From NCBI GenBank assembly GCA_021463145.1, contig JAJTWZ010000010.1:6766-70765 (forward strand): DNA of 64,000 nucleotides, read 5' to 3'. The stretch is from Blastocatellia bacterium. GTDB taxonomy: Bacteria; Acidobacteriota; Blastocatellia; UBA7656; JADIYM01. Of this stretch, positions 29,123 through 37,604 are shown piece after piece (the first letter of the stretch is position 1; the number at the start of each line of letters is the position of its first letter). Position numbers and translations under genes: made by a program. The notes beneath the pieces are model-generated. The model did not search any database and was not told the DNA's origin. It saw nothing but the letters and a program-made list of their open reading frames with translations.

Positions 29123-29142
29123 CGCGGCGCGCCGCGATTTGT
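29123..29142 (+). terminator. Intrinsic terminator closing the BMC operon
   Basis: A GC palindrome CGCGGCGCGCCGCG (29123-29136) begins immediately after the ACT-gene stop and is followed by ATTTGT. Confidence 0.5.
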
Positions 29143-29268
29143 AGGATCGACTCGTCGAACGCCGTCCGCGACCGCTCCGCGGTCGTACGCGCCGAGTGTG
29201 TAAACTGATCCACGACGCGAGATTACGGCGAGTCTCCGTCCCAGATGCGCTTGCATCGTGTCCAGCGA

Positions 29269-29283
29269 TGACTAGAATAGTCA
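29269..29283 (+). promoter_or_regulatory. Palindromic operator candidate (TGACTA-GAA-TAGTCA) for the toxin-antitoxin operon
   Basis: A perfect 6-bp inverted repeat lies 14 nt upstream of the antitoxin start codon, in a locally AT-richer stretch. This placement is typical of autoregulated type II toxin-antitoxin operons. Confidence 0.4.
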
Positions 29284-29296
29284 CGAGGCATTCATA

Positions 29297-29581
29297 TTGG
29301 AAACCGTCAACATCGCGCAGCTCAAGAGCGAACTGAGTCGATATCTCTCGCTGGTGCGTGCCGGATCGGAGGTCATTGTCCGCGATCGCAATATTCCGGT
29401 GGCAATGCTCGTGCCGATCGATCTCGAGGACCTGACCTTGGAAGACATTGCCTTGGTAGCCTCGGGACGTCTGCGCCCACCCCGGTCGAAGCTGTCGAGC
29501 GATTTCTGGCGACGAACTCGCCCGAGCGTGAACATCGAGGATCTTGACCGTGCCATCGAAGCGGATCGCGAGGATCGCTGA
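29297..29581 (+). CDS. Type II antitoxin, Phd/YefM family
   Basis: The 94 aa protein has an N-terminus (VNIAQLKSELSRYLSLVRAGSEVIVRDRNIPVAMLVPID) matching the Phd/YefM fold pattern. It uses a TTG start and overlaps the downstream PIN-domain gene. Confidence 0.7.
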   Translation: METVNIAQLKSELSRYLSLVRAGSEVIVRDRNIPVAMLVPIDLEDLTLEDIALVASGRLRPPRSKLSSDFWRRTRPSVNIEDLDRAIEADREDR

Positions 29582-30008
29582 ACACGCGTTCTGGGACGCG
29601 AGCGCGGTTGCGCCACTGTGCATTCGGCAGCCTGCATCGGCAGACTCGCGCGTCCTTGCCCGGCGATACGGCATCGTGGCCTGGTGGGGCACACCCGTGG
29701 AGGTCACCAGCGCGGTCGCTAGACTCGCGCGTGAAGGCGTGCTCGATGTGGTGTCGGCTTCGAAGGCACTCGACGTACTTGACGCCCTCGAGCAATCGTG
29801 GCTCGAGGTTGTTCCGAGTGACGAAATCCGGGACGTGTCGCGACAATTGTTAAGGGCCTACTCGCTGCGGGCGGCGGACTCGCTGCAACTTGCGGCGGGA
29901 CTCGTCTGGTCGAACTCGAAGCCGTCCGGACGGGTGTTCATCTGCAGGGACAACCGGCTTGCTGATGCGGCCACGGCAATCGGCTTCGACGTTCGGCGGC
30001 CCAGTTGA
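29550..30008 (+). CDS. vapC: Type II toxin, PIN-domain ribonuclease (VapC family)
   Basis: The protein is about 150 aa with PIN-like acidic positions (FWDASAV...; ...DSLQLAAGL...). It overlaps the antitoxin gene. The start is ambiguous between a TTG at 29544 and a GTG at 29550. Confidence 0.65.
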   Translation: MPSKRIARIAEHAFWDASAVAPLCIRQPASADSRVLARRYGIVAWWGTPVEVTSAVARLAREGVLDVVSASKALDVLDALEQSWLEVVPSDEIRDVSRQLLRAYSLRAADSLQLAAGLVWSNSKPSGRVFICRDNRLADAATAIGFDVRRPS

Positions 30009-30203
30009 TGCGTGTAACGATGAAGGCATTTGCTCGACGAGGTTGGTATCGTGCCTACGAGAACCTGCTGGTCTCGACAAGTGGGTCGTCGAGACTACAC
30101 GTGTTCGACCTGTCGCCTTATGCGCACGGAGCCACGACAAAGCTATGAACAACCTAGCGAAGAGTAGTGCAAAGGGAGCGGGGAAGCGAAAGCTGTCTCC
30201 TGA

Positions 30204-30713
30204 ATGACTCGAATGTCAGACGATCCACGAACACTCAGTCACGTCGATGCGGATGGACGCATCCGCATGGTCGACGTCGGCGACAAGCCCGTGACTTCGC
30301 GGGTCGCGACCGCGTCCGGGTTCGTGCGCATGAGCGCGGCGACGGTCGACGCGATCCGCGAGCGCCGGACACCGAAGGGCGATCCGCTCGAGACCGCGCG
30401 CCTCGCCGGTATCATGGCCGCGAAGCAGACTGCGACGCTCATTCCGCTCTGTCACTCGCTCGCGCTCTCGTCGGTCGACGTGCGCGCCGAACTAGTCGAC
30501 GACGGCGTCCGCCTCGAGGCGACGGCCCTCGTCGACGGCCGCACCGGCGTCGAGATGGAAGCGCTCACGGCCGTTTCGGTCGCGGCGCTGACGATCTACG
30601 ACATGTGCAAGGCGATCGATCGTGAGATGGTCATCGGCGAGATCCGGCTCGAGCGAAAGTCCGGCGGGCGGTCCGGGGACTACCAGCGCGCGACCGAACC
30701 GTCCGGGACGTGA
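30204..30713 (+). CDS. moaC: Cyclic pyranopterin monophosphate synthase MoaC
   Basis: The sequence matches MoaC across its length ([29 protein letters not shown]...[31 protein letters not shown]...). Confidence 0.9.
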   Translation: MTRMSDDPRTLSHVDADGRIRMVDVGDKPVTSRVATASGFVRMSAATVDAIRERRTPKGDPLETARLAGIMAAKQTATLIPLCHSLALSSVDVRAELVDDGVRLEATALVDGRTGVEMEALTAVSVAALTIYDMCKAIDREMVIGEIRLERKSGGRSGDYQRATEPSGT

Positions 30714-31570
30714 GCCGCAGGCCGCCAAAGAACCCGCACCTGAAGACGCTCGAGGCAGCGCTCGCCGAACACTTTGGCTGGCAGCCCGGCGGTGCGATCC
30801 GTGACGCGATCCTCTCGGTCCTCACTCGCAAGGCCGATCGTATCGGCGTCGACGAGGTGAGCTACTGCCGGATGGCGAGCCGCTCGCCCGGCGAGCTCAA
30901 CGCCCTCGCCGAAGAGGTCGCGCCCGGTGGCACGGCGTTCTTCCGCGACGAAGCACAGGCCGAAGCGCTCGCCGAGCGCGTCGTGCCGGGGCTCGTCGCG
31001 GCACGGGCCGCCGAGCATCGGCTGCGGATCTGGTCGGCGGCGGCGTCGACCGGCGAGGAAGCCTATTCGCTCGCGATCCTCGCGCGTGAGGCGCTTCCGC
31101 CCGACAGCGACTTCCGCGTCGAGATCCTCGCCACGGACCTGCAGGGACAGGCCATCGTCGCGGCGAGCCGTGGCCGGTACCGCGCGTCGCAGATCCGCGG
31201 GATGGATGCGACGCTCCGCAACCGCTACTTCATCGGTGTCGACGAGCCCGGACCGGATCGCGCCTTCGACGTCCTGCCGCTCGTCCGGCGGCTCGTCCTC
31301 TTCCGGCGCGTCAATCTCTGCGACGCGAACGCGTGGCGACTCGTCATCGGGTCCTTCGATCTCATTTCGTGTCAGAACGTGCTGGTATACTTCCACCCGC
31401 GCGCTGCGAACGAGCTCCTCGAAAGGCTCAGCTCGGCCCTCGCAGTTGGCGGATACCTCGTGGTGGCGGCTTCGGAGGCGGCGTTGGTGACGAATCGCGA
31501 ACTCGTTGCGGATCCGACGCTCCCGGCCGGTTTCTTCCGGAAGGCCGATCGCGAACCCAAGGACGACTGA
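30710..31570 (+). CDS. CheR-type SAM-dependent protein-glutamate O-methyltransferase family protein (orphan, with no che genes nearby)
   Basis: A CheR N-terminal helical domain is followed by a methyltransferase domain ([52 protein letters not shown]). The start overlaps the moaC stop. Confidence 0.85.
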   Translation: MSRRPPKNPHLKTLEAALAEHFGWQPGGAIRDAILSVLTRKADRIGVDEVSYCRMASRSPGELNALAEEVAPGGTAFFRDEAQAEALAERVVPGLVAARAAEHRLRIWSAAASTGEEAYSLAILAREALPPDSDFRVEILATDLQGQAIVAASRGRYRASQIRGMDATLRNRYFIGVDEPGPDRAFDVLPLVRRLVLFRRVNLCDANAWRLVIGSFDLISCQNVLVYFHPRAANELLERLSSALAVGGYLVVAASEAALVTNRELVADPTLPAGFFRKADREPKDD

Positions 31571-32331
31571 TGACGACCGACCCATTCCGCACCGTCGACG
31601 CAGCTCCCCGAGTGGCGGAAGCCTCGCACCAGGTCGATGCGCTCGATTCGTTCCGCCACGTGCTCGCGGCGTCGGCGCTGACCTTCGTCCTGTGGTTCAT
31701 CCCGTTCGTCGGGCTGCTGCTCTACCCGATCCGCTTCTTCGTGACCTACGTGCACGAGCTCTGCCACGCGCTAGCGGCCGTGTTCACGCTCGGGTGGCCG
31801 ATCGGCATCCAGATGTTCCTCGACACGTCCGGCGTGACGCACACGCTTGGCGGTCTCGGCCTCGTCATCAGCTCGGCGGGCTACGTCGGGACGCCGATCG
31901 TGGGTGCTCTGTTGCTGCTGCTCGCGTCGCGACGCGCGATGATCCGCCCGGCGCTCATCGGCGCCGGCGCGATCTGCGTGATCACGGCCCTCTGGCTCGG
32001 CGCTAACTTTCTCGCGTGGGCCGGTGGGATCGTCATCGGTGCCGCGCTCATCGGCACGGGCCTGAAGGCGTCGAATCGCGTGACGCGCTTCACGCTGAGC
32101 TTCCTCGCGGTGCAGTGCATGCTGAATGCGCTCTCCGACCTGCGATTTCTGTTCTGGCTCTCGGTCGGGAGCGACATCCCGACGGATGCGCAGAACATGT
32201 CGAACGCGACCGGGGGATTGATACCGGCCGTTATCTGGACGGCGTTCTGGGCATTGACCGCCGTCGCCGTTCTCGGAACGGCGCTCCGGCTCTACTATGT
32301 CACGACGGTGCGCCGATCGATCGGCGAGTGA
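31570..32331 (+). CDS. Peptidase M50B-like polytopic membrane protein
   Basis: A putative HExxH motif (VTYVHELCHALAAVF) sits inside the first transmembrane region and is followed by multiple transmembrane helices. The start overlaps the cheR-like stop (TGATG). The track ORF begins upstream at 31333. Confidence 0.6.
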   Translation: MTTDPFRTVDAAPRVAEASHQVDALDSFRHVLAASALTFVLWFIPFVGLLLYPIRFFVTYVHELCHALAAVFTLGWPIGIQMFLDTSGVTHTLGGLGLVISSAGYVGTPIVGALLLLLASRRAMIRPALIGAGAICVITALWLGANFLAWAGGIVIGAALIGTGLKASNRVTRFTLSFLAVQCMLNALSDLRFLFWLSVGSDIPTDAQNMSNATGGLIPAVIWTAFWALTAVAVLGTALRLYYVTTVRRSIGE

Positions 32332-32490
32332 TGGGCAACCCGATTCCGGCCGGGCGCAACACAGGGGACGAACTCGCAAACAGACACTTTAGTTTTCTCA
32401 TCCTGAGCGCTGTATCGCAGAGCGACAGAAGCCGCGCTCCGTCGCGTTGGCGGGTGCGACCGGCCTCTAACATCGACTGGAAATACTCGA

Positions 32491-35004
32491 ATGGCAGACG
32501 TTGAAACCATCAAGACTCTTGGCGGCCGGCTCGACGCGGTCTCGCGCGGTGTGCAGTCGTTCTTTCGAAAGCACATGTTTCTCGGGCTGATCCTGCTGAC
32601 GCTCGTCGCGGGATCCATGTTCGGCGCGACCGTCGCCTACCAGTCGAGCCTGTCGGACGAGGCGCGGCAGGTGCGGGCGCTTTCCGATTTCCGGCCATCG
32701 GCCGTCACACGGGTTTACGCGTCGGACGGCCGCACCGTCATCGGTCAGTTTGCGATGGAGAGGCGAATTCCAATCGCTTACTCCGATATCCCGGCCGATA
32801 TGAAGAATGCCATCCAGGCCATAGAGGACTCGCGCTTCTACAAACACATCGGGGTAGATCCGCTCGGTATCGCGCGGGCGACGGTCAAGAACGCCGCTGC
32901 AGGTCGCACCGTCGAGGGCGGTTCGACGCTCACGCAACAACTGACCAAGATTCTGTTCCTCAGCCCTGAACGCACGTTCAAGCGAAAGATCCGTGAGGCT
33001 TTGATCGCGCTCCAGATCGAGCGGATGTTCTCGAAAGAGCAGATCATGGAGATGTACTGCAACCAGATCTTTCTCGGTGGTGGCGCATACGGCGTCGAGG
33101 CCGGGTCGCAGTACTACTTCGGCCATTCAATTCGCGAGGCCACGCTCGAGGAATGCGCGATGCTGGCGGCGCTCCCGAAGGCTCCGTCGCAGTATTCGCC
33201 GGTGCTCAATCCGAACGATGCGAAAGAGCGCCGAAACCTCGTGCTCAGGAACATGCTCGAGGAGGGGTTCATCGACAGGGCGACGTATGACGCGGCCGTC
33301 GCGAAGCCGATCACTCTCAACATCACGTCGGCCACGAACACGGTCAGCCCGAACGACTCGGCCTTCGGATACGCAGTCGAGGAGATCAGGCAGTCGATGG
33401 AGCGGCAGTTCGGCACCCGCGTAACCCAGACCGAAGGCCTGCAGATACACTCGACGATCGATGCCGACGCGCAACGCGAAGCAGTCAGGGCCATCCGGCG
33501 AGGACTTCACTCGTATGAAGCCCGTCACGCCAAGCCGTGGCGCGGCGATTTGCCGAATGTCTCCGCTGCCTTCAAGGACCTCAGCCGCTACTGGCACCAC
33601 GATTGGGACGACGAGCCAATTCCGAACACCTACATCTTCGGGCTGGTCACGAAGGCGACCGGCGAGACAGCCGAGGTCAGATTCGGCAATTACACGGCGA
33701 AACTGACGTCTGCCAATACGAAGATTGCCGGCAAGGCGCCGGGCGCGGCGCTAAAGGCCGGCGACATCACGCCATTCAAGATTCAGAAGGTGGACAAGGA
33801 GGCGCACACTATCGAGTGCGACCTTTCGCAAGTCCCCTCCGTTGCCGGAGCGCTCGTCTGCATCGAAGCGTCGACCGGAAACGTCGTCGCTATGGTCGGT
33901 GGATACGACTTCGCGCTCGTGAAGTTCAACAACGCGACCCAGGCCGAACGGCAGACGGGCTCTGCGTTCAAGCCCTTCATCTACACGGCAGCGATGGAGC
34001 GCGGCTACACACCGGACACGGTCGTTTCCGGGGCGACGGTTTCGATCGCCGGGTGGACTCCGCACAACTACGACGGATCGACGTCGAGCGCATCGGTGCC
34101 GCTCAAGGTCGCGCTGGCGAAGTCTCTGAACATCAATGCAGTCAACACCCTCCGGTCGGTAGGTGTCGACGCCGGCGCCGACTGCGTTCGGAGGTTCGGA
34201 CTGCCGAACCCGATGCGAAGGGTGCTTTCGTCGGCTCTTGGCGCAACCGAGGAGCCGCTACTGAACATGGTTTCGGCCTATTCGGCGTTTCCGAATCGCG
34301 GCGAGCGCGCGGAACCGCACCTCTATACTCGGGTCGAGGATCGCGACGGCGTGACGAAATGGGAGTGGAAGCCGACGACGCAGCGCGCCACGAGCGCCTA
34401 CGTCGCAGCGAACATGGTCGAGGCGATGCGCGGCGTGGTCGATGGCGGCACCGCCTCGGCGATTCGCGGCAACCGCGAGCTTGCGAAGCGCCCGATGGCG
34501 GGCAAGACAGGCACGGTGAACGACTTTACCGATGCGTGGTTCATTGGCTACAGCCCATCGTATGCAACCGGGGTCTGGATCGGATATCCGGGCTCGAAGC
34601 GGCCGCTTGGAGAGGGTGAAACAGGCGGGCACGCCGCGCTGCCCATGTGGATCGACTTCATGGAGGATTTCCTGAAGGGCAAGCCCGCCGACAAATTTGC
34701 GGAGAAGCCTCCTGTCGATGCCGAAACGAAGGCGGAGCAGGATCGCCGTCGCGGAGAAATAGCGGCCGAAGTAAAGGCGCAGGTCGACCAGGCTGCGGAG
34801 GACGCGACGTCGGATACGGGAATCGACGACGTGAAGAAGGGTGGAGGAGGAGCGCCGGCCGACGAGATCGGGATTCCGAAGCCCAAGTCCGACAAGCCGA
34901 AGGACGACGGTGAAGTGAAGTCCGATCGGCCGCGGCAGGTAAATCCCGACAAGAAGGACAAGAAGGACAACAAGCCGGGCGACAAGCGCGGCAAGACTGG
35001 CTGA
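32491..35004 (+). CDS. mrcA: Penicillin-binding protein 1A (class A PBP with glycosyltransferase and transpeptidase domains)
   Basis: Glycosyltransferase family 51 motifs are present (EDSRFYKHIGVDPLG, GGSTLTQQL, RKIREALIALQIE). The transpeptidase motifs are SAFKP, SxN and KTGT (AGKTGTVND). The C-terminal tail is low-complexity and basic. Confidence 0.92.
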   Translation: MADVETIKTLGGRLDAVSRGVQSFFRKHMFLGLILLTLVAGSMFGATVAYQSSLSDEARQVRALSDFRPSAVTRVYASDGRTVIGQFAMERRIPIAYSDIPADMKNAIQAIEDSRFYKHIGVDPLGIARATVKNAAAGRTVEGGSTLTQQLTKILFLSPERTFKRKIREALIALQIERMFSKEQIMEMYCNQIFLGGGAYGVEAGSQYYFGHSIREATLEECAMLAALPKAPSQYSPVLNPNDAKERRNLVLRNMLEEGFIDRATYDAAVAKPITLNITSATNTVSPNDSAFGYAVEEIRQSMERQFGTRVTQTEGLQIHSTIDADAQREAVRAIRRGLHSYEARHAKPWRGDLPNVSAAFKDLSRYWHHDWDDEPIPNTYIFGLVTKATGETAEVRFGNYTAKLTSANTKIAGKAPGAALKAGDITPFKIQKVDKEAHTIECDLSQVPSVAGALVCIEASTGNVVAMVGGYDFALVKFNNATQAERQTGSAFKPFIYTAAMERGYTPDTVVSGATVSIAGWTPHNYDGSTSSASVPLKVALAKSLNINAVNTLRSVGVDAGADCVRRFGLPNPMRRVLSSALGATEEPLLNMVSAYSAFPNRGERAEPHLYTRVEDRDGVTKWEWKPTTQRATSAYVAANMVEAMRGVVDGGTASAIRGNRELAKRPMAGKTGTVNDFTDAWFIGYSPSYATGVWIGYPGSKRPLGEGETGGHAALPMWIDFMEDFLKGKPADKFAEKPPVDAETKAEQDRRRGEIAAEVKAQVDQAAEDATSDTGIDDVKKGGGGAPADEIGIPKPKSDKPKDDGEVKSDRPRQVNPDKKDKKDNKPGDKRGKTG

Positions 35005-35040
35005 GCCCGGAACCGGCGATTGAGCGGAGTCGAGCCCAAA

Positions 35041-35106
35041 GCGCCAGCGACGGGCCGACCTGCGATCGGATGTCTCGCGATGCGCGTGTCGACCCGTCGC
35101 TGGCGC
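35041..35106. terminator. Hairpin between the convergent PBP1A and TonB-receptor genes (putative bidirectional terminator)
   Basis: A perfect 14-bp inverted repeat GCGCCAGCGACGGG (35041-35054) pairs with CCCGTCGCTGGCGC (35093-35106) around a 38-nt loop. It lies between the two stop codons. Confidence 0.4.
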
Positions 35107-35127
35107 TCCGGGTTCACGTCGCCTGAG

Positions 35128-37350
35128 CTAGAAGAACCGCATCGTGTAGCTGACGCGGACGCCGCGGCCGATCTCCGGCGCCAGTTCCTTGATGAGCGAG
35201 AGGTGGTTCCGGTAGAGCCGATCGCCGAGGTTGAACGCGTTGACCGAGATCACGTGCACGAAGTGCTGGTAGCCCCACGTGTAGGACGCGTCCAGATCGA
35301 AGCGCGCGTAGCCGGCCGTGCGCGTCTCGTTCGCGAAGAGCTGGTCCTGGTCGCTCACCAGCGTGATCTCCGGTCGCATCCGGAAGCCCTTGTACGTGAC
35401 GTCAACACCCACACGACCACGGAGCGGGGGAATTCGCGGCAGCGGCGTGCCCGCGTCCGTCCGCTCCGCGTCGACGGCATCGAGCATGAAACTGAGCGTC
35501 ACGTTGCGGTGCACGTCGACGTCGAGCCCGAGCTCGCCGCCCACGAACCGGCTGTCGCCCTGGCGGTAGTTCGCGACCGGGAACCCGTCTTCCTCCTCGC
35601 CCGCTGGGGCGAGGAACACGAAGTCCGAGAGCCGGTAGAAGTAGAAGTTTGCCAGCGCGCGAACGCGGTCGCGCGAGTGGCGCAATGACAGCTCGACACC
35701 GTTGCTGCGCTCGTCTTCGAGGTTCGGGTTGCCGACCTCGAAGGTCAGGTTCGCGACGTGCGGCCCGAAGTTGTACAGCTCTTCGAGCGAGGGCGCGCGC
35801 TGCGAGTGCGTGTAGTTCGCGACAAAGGAACCGCCCGCCCACAGCGGAACGTTGATGCCGGCCGCACCCGAGAAGCCCGTGAACGATCGGTCCGGCAGCT
35901 CGATCGGCTCGATGTCGTATGTGGTGCGCTCGATGCGCCCTCCGAACTGAAGACGAGCATGCTCGAAGTCGACGTGCTCGAGCGCGAACACGGCAAAGCC
36001 ATTCTGTACGACCGGCGGGGCGAGCGCCTCTTCGCCAACCGTCACGTAGTCGCGGTGCAGTCCCGAGAAGCCGAACGAACCCGAGAATCGGCCTGCCTGC
36101 TTGTGGTCCAGGTCGCCGCGGTAGGAGAAGACGTCGTTATCGAAGGTGGTGCCGATCGCCTCGCCCTCGAGCTCCACGTGGTTGTAGTTCGTGGCGTTGA
36201 ACTGGAATCGGCCATTGACGATCGGCGAGTCGAGGTCGCGGAACCCGCCGATGAGCCGCACGTTGTGCCGCCTGAGGGCCACGCTGACAAGCTCTTCTTC
36301 TTCTCCTCCTTCCTCCTCGTGGTGTCCGTGAAACTCGGCCGCGAAGGGAATACCATACCGGGAATTCTCGTAGCTGTAGTTCGCGCTGAAGAATCCACGC
36401 TCCCCAAAATAGCCGCCGCCGCCCGACACGTTGCCAGTGCGCGACCTGGAATTCGGAATCTCGCCGATCGGCGTGTCGTAGTCGCCCGTCCGTATGCCAC
36501 CGCCGTTGGCCCAGAACATGAATTCGTCGGTTCCGAACTCGACACCGGCGCCGACACCTGCCAGCGCATTCGTCGAGCCGCCGGCGGCATTCACGTAGCC
36601 TCGGACACCTTCGTGAGCGTGGTCGTGGATCTGGCCGTGTCCGCTGATGGTGTTCACGACGCCGCCGATGGCGTTACTGCCGTAGAGCAGCGTCGCAGGG
36701 CCTTTCACGACCTCGACCTTGTCTAGGGTGAGCACGTTAAAGCTCTCGCCGTGGTCGGCGGACTGTGACGACAGCGTTCCGGACGTGACGCCGTCCTGCA
36801 GGATGAGCACGCGGTCGCCGTCGAAGCCGCGGATGACCGGACGCGCTCCGCCCGGGCCGAAGCTCTTCTTTGCCACACCCGGCTCGTCCTCGAGCACTTC
36901 GCCGATCGACGTGTTCGCCTTCTGCGTCAGCTCGATCGAGTTGAGCGTCGTGACGGTCTGGAACGTATCGAGCGTGCTCTCTTCATGACCGGTTGCCGTG
37001 ACGGTGACTTCTTCGTCGATCGAGGTGAGACTCAGCTCGAAGTCCACTTCGTTCACGGCGCCCGCGGCGACCGTGATGGTCTCGACGAAGTCGGGGAATC
37101 GATCGAGGTGGGCGAGGATCGTATACCGGCCCGGAGGGACGTTTTCGATCGTGTACTCCCCGCTCTGGTTCGTCTCGGTCGAGCGATGCAGTTGAACGAT
37201 CTGGACGGTCACGTTGTGCAGCGGCGAGCCGTTGCTCTTGAGGGTGACCGTACCGCGGACGGTCCCGCCCGACTGTGCCTTGCCAACGCTCGGGAAGAGT
37301 AACGAGACGACGAGGGTCAGGCTGACGGCCAGTATTCGGGACAATCGCAT
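35128..37350 (-). CDS. TonB-dependent outer membrane receptor with N-terminal carboxypeptidase-regulatory-like domain
   Basis: A signal peptide (MRLSRILAVSLTLVVSLLFPSVGKAQS) is followed by a CarbopepD_reg-like domain (TVRGTVTLKSNGSPLHNVTVQIV...GRYTILA). The plug domain follows (FGPGGARPVIRGFDGDRVLILQDGV), then a beta-barrel ending in an aromatic C-terminus (RFF). The start is the ATG at 37350, preceded by GGAGGG; the track ORF extends to 37539. Confidence 0.88.
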   Translation of the reverse strand: MRLSRILAVSLTLVVSLLFPSVGKAQSGGTVRGTVTLKSNGSPLHNVTVQIVQLHRSTETNQSGEYTIENVPPGRYTILAHLDRFPDFVETITVAAGAVNEVDFELSLTSIDEEVTVTATGHEESTLDTFQTVTTLNSIELTQKANTSIGEVLEDEPGVAKKSFGPGGARPVIRGFDGDRVLILQDGVTSGTLSSQSADHGESFNVLTLDKVEVVKGPATLLYGSNAIGGVVNTISGHGQIHDHAHEGVRGYVNAAGGSTNALAGVGAGVEFGTDEFMFWANGGGIRTGDYDTPIGEIPNSRSRTGNVSGGGGYFGERGFFSANYSYENSRYGIPFAAEFHGHHEEEGGEEEELVSVALRRHNVRLIGGFRDLDSPIVNGRFQFNATNYNHVELEGEAIGTTFDNDVFSYRGDLDHKQAGRFSGSFGFSGLHRDYVTVGEEALAPPVVQNGFAVFALEHVDFEHARLQFGGRIERTTYDIEPIELPDRSFTGFSGAAGINVPLWAGGSFVANYTHSQRAPSLEELYNFGPHVANLTFEVGNPNLEDERSNGVELSLRHSRDRVRALANFYFYRLSDFVFLAPAGEEEDGFPVANYRQGDSRFVGGELGLDVDVHRNVTLSFMLDAVDAERTDAGTPLPRIPPLRGRVGVDVTYKGFRMRPEITLVSDQDQLFANETRTAGYARFDLDASYTWGYQHFVHVISVNAFNLGDRLYRNHLSLIKELAPEIGRGVRVSYTMRFF

Positions 37351-37550
37351 CGAGAGAAACCCTCCTTGGTGATCGAAGTGGCTGTGGAACGGCACGACTA
37401 ACCCGCGAATGGTAGGCGGGTGCTGACTACTCACTACCCGATGTCCAACTAACGGCGGAATTCGTCCGATGAGCGATCGGCGGTCCGGCCCCAGCGGCCG
37501 CACACGAATGAGCCTCGCGGCGTTGACTGGCGCTGACAATGAACGACCAC

Positions 37551-37578
37551 GGCCCCGCGGAGCGAACTCCGCGGGGCC
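37551..37578 (-). terminator. Intrinsic terminator after the M36 protease gene
   Basis: A perfect palindrome GGCCCCGCGGAG-CGAA-CTCCGCGGGGCC lies 26 nt beyond the stop codon and is followed on the coding strand by a U-rich stretch (GUGGUCGUUCAUU). Confidence 0.5.
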
Positions 37579-37604
37579 GTTCTCACGCTCAGCGATCCGC
37601 CTCG

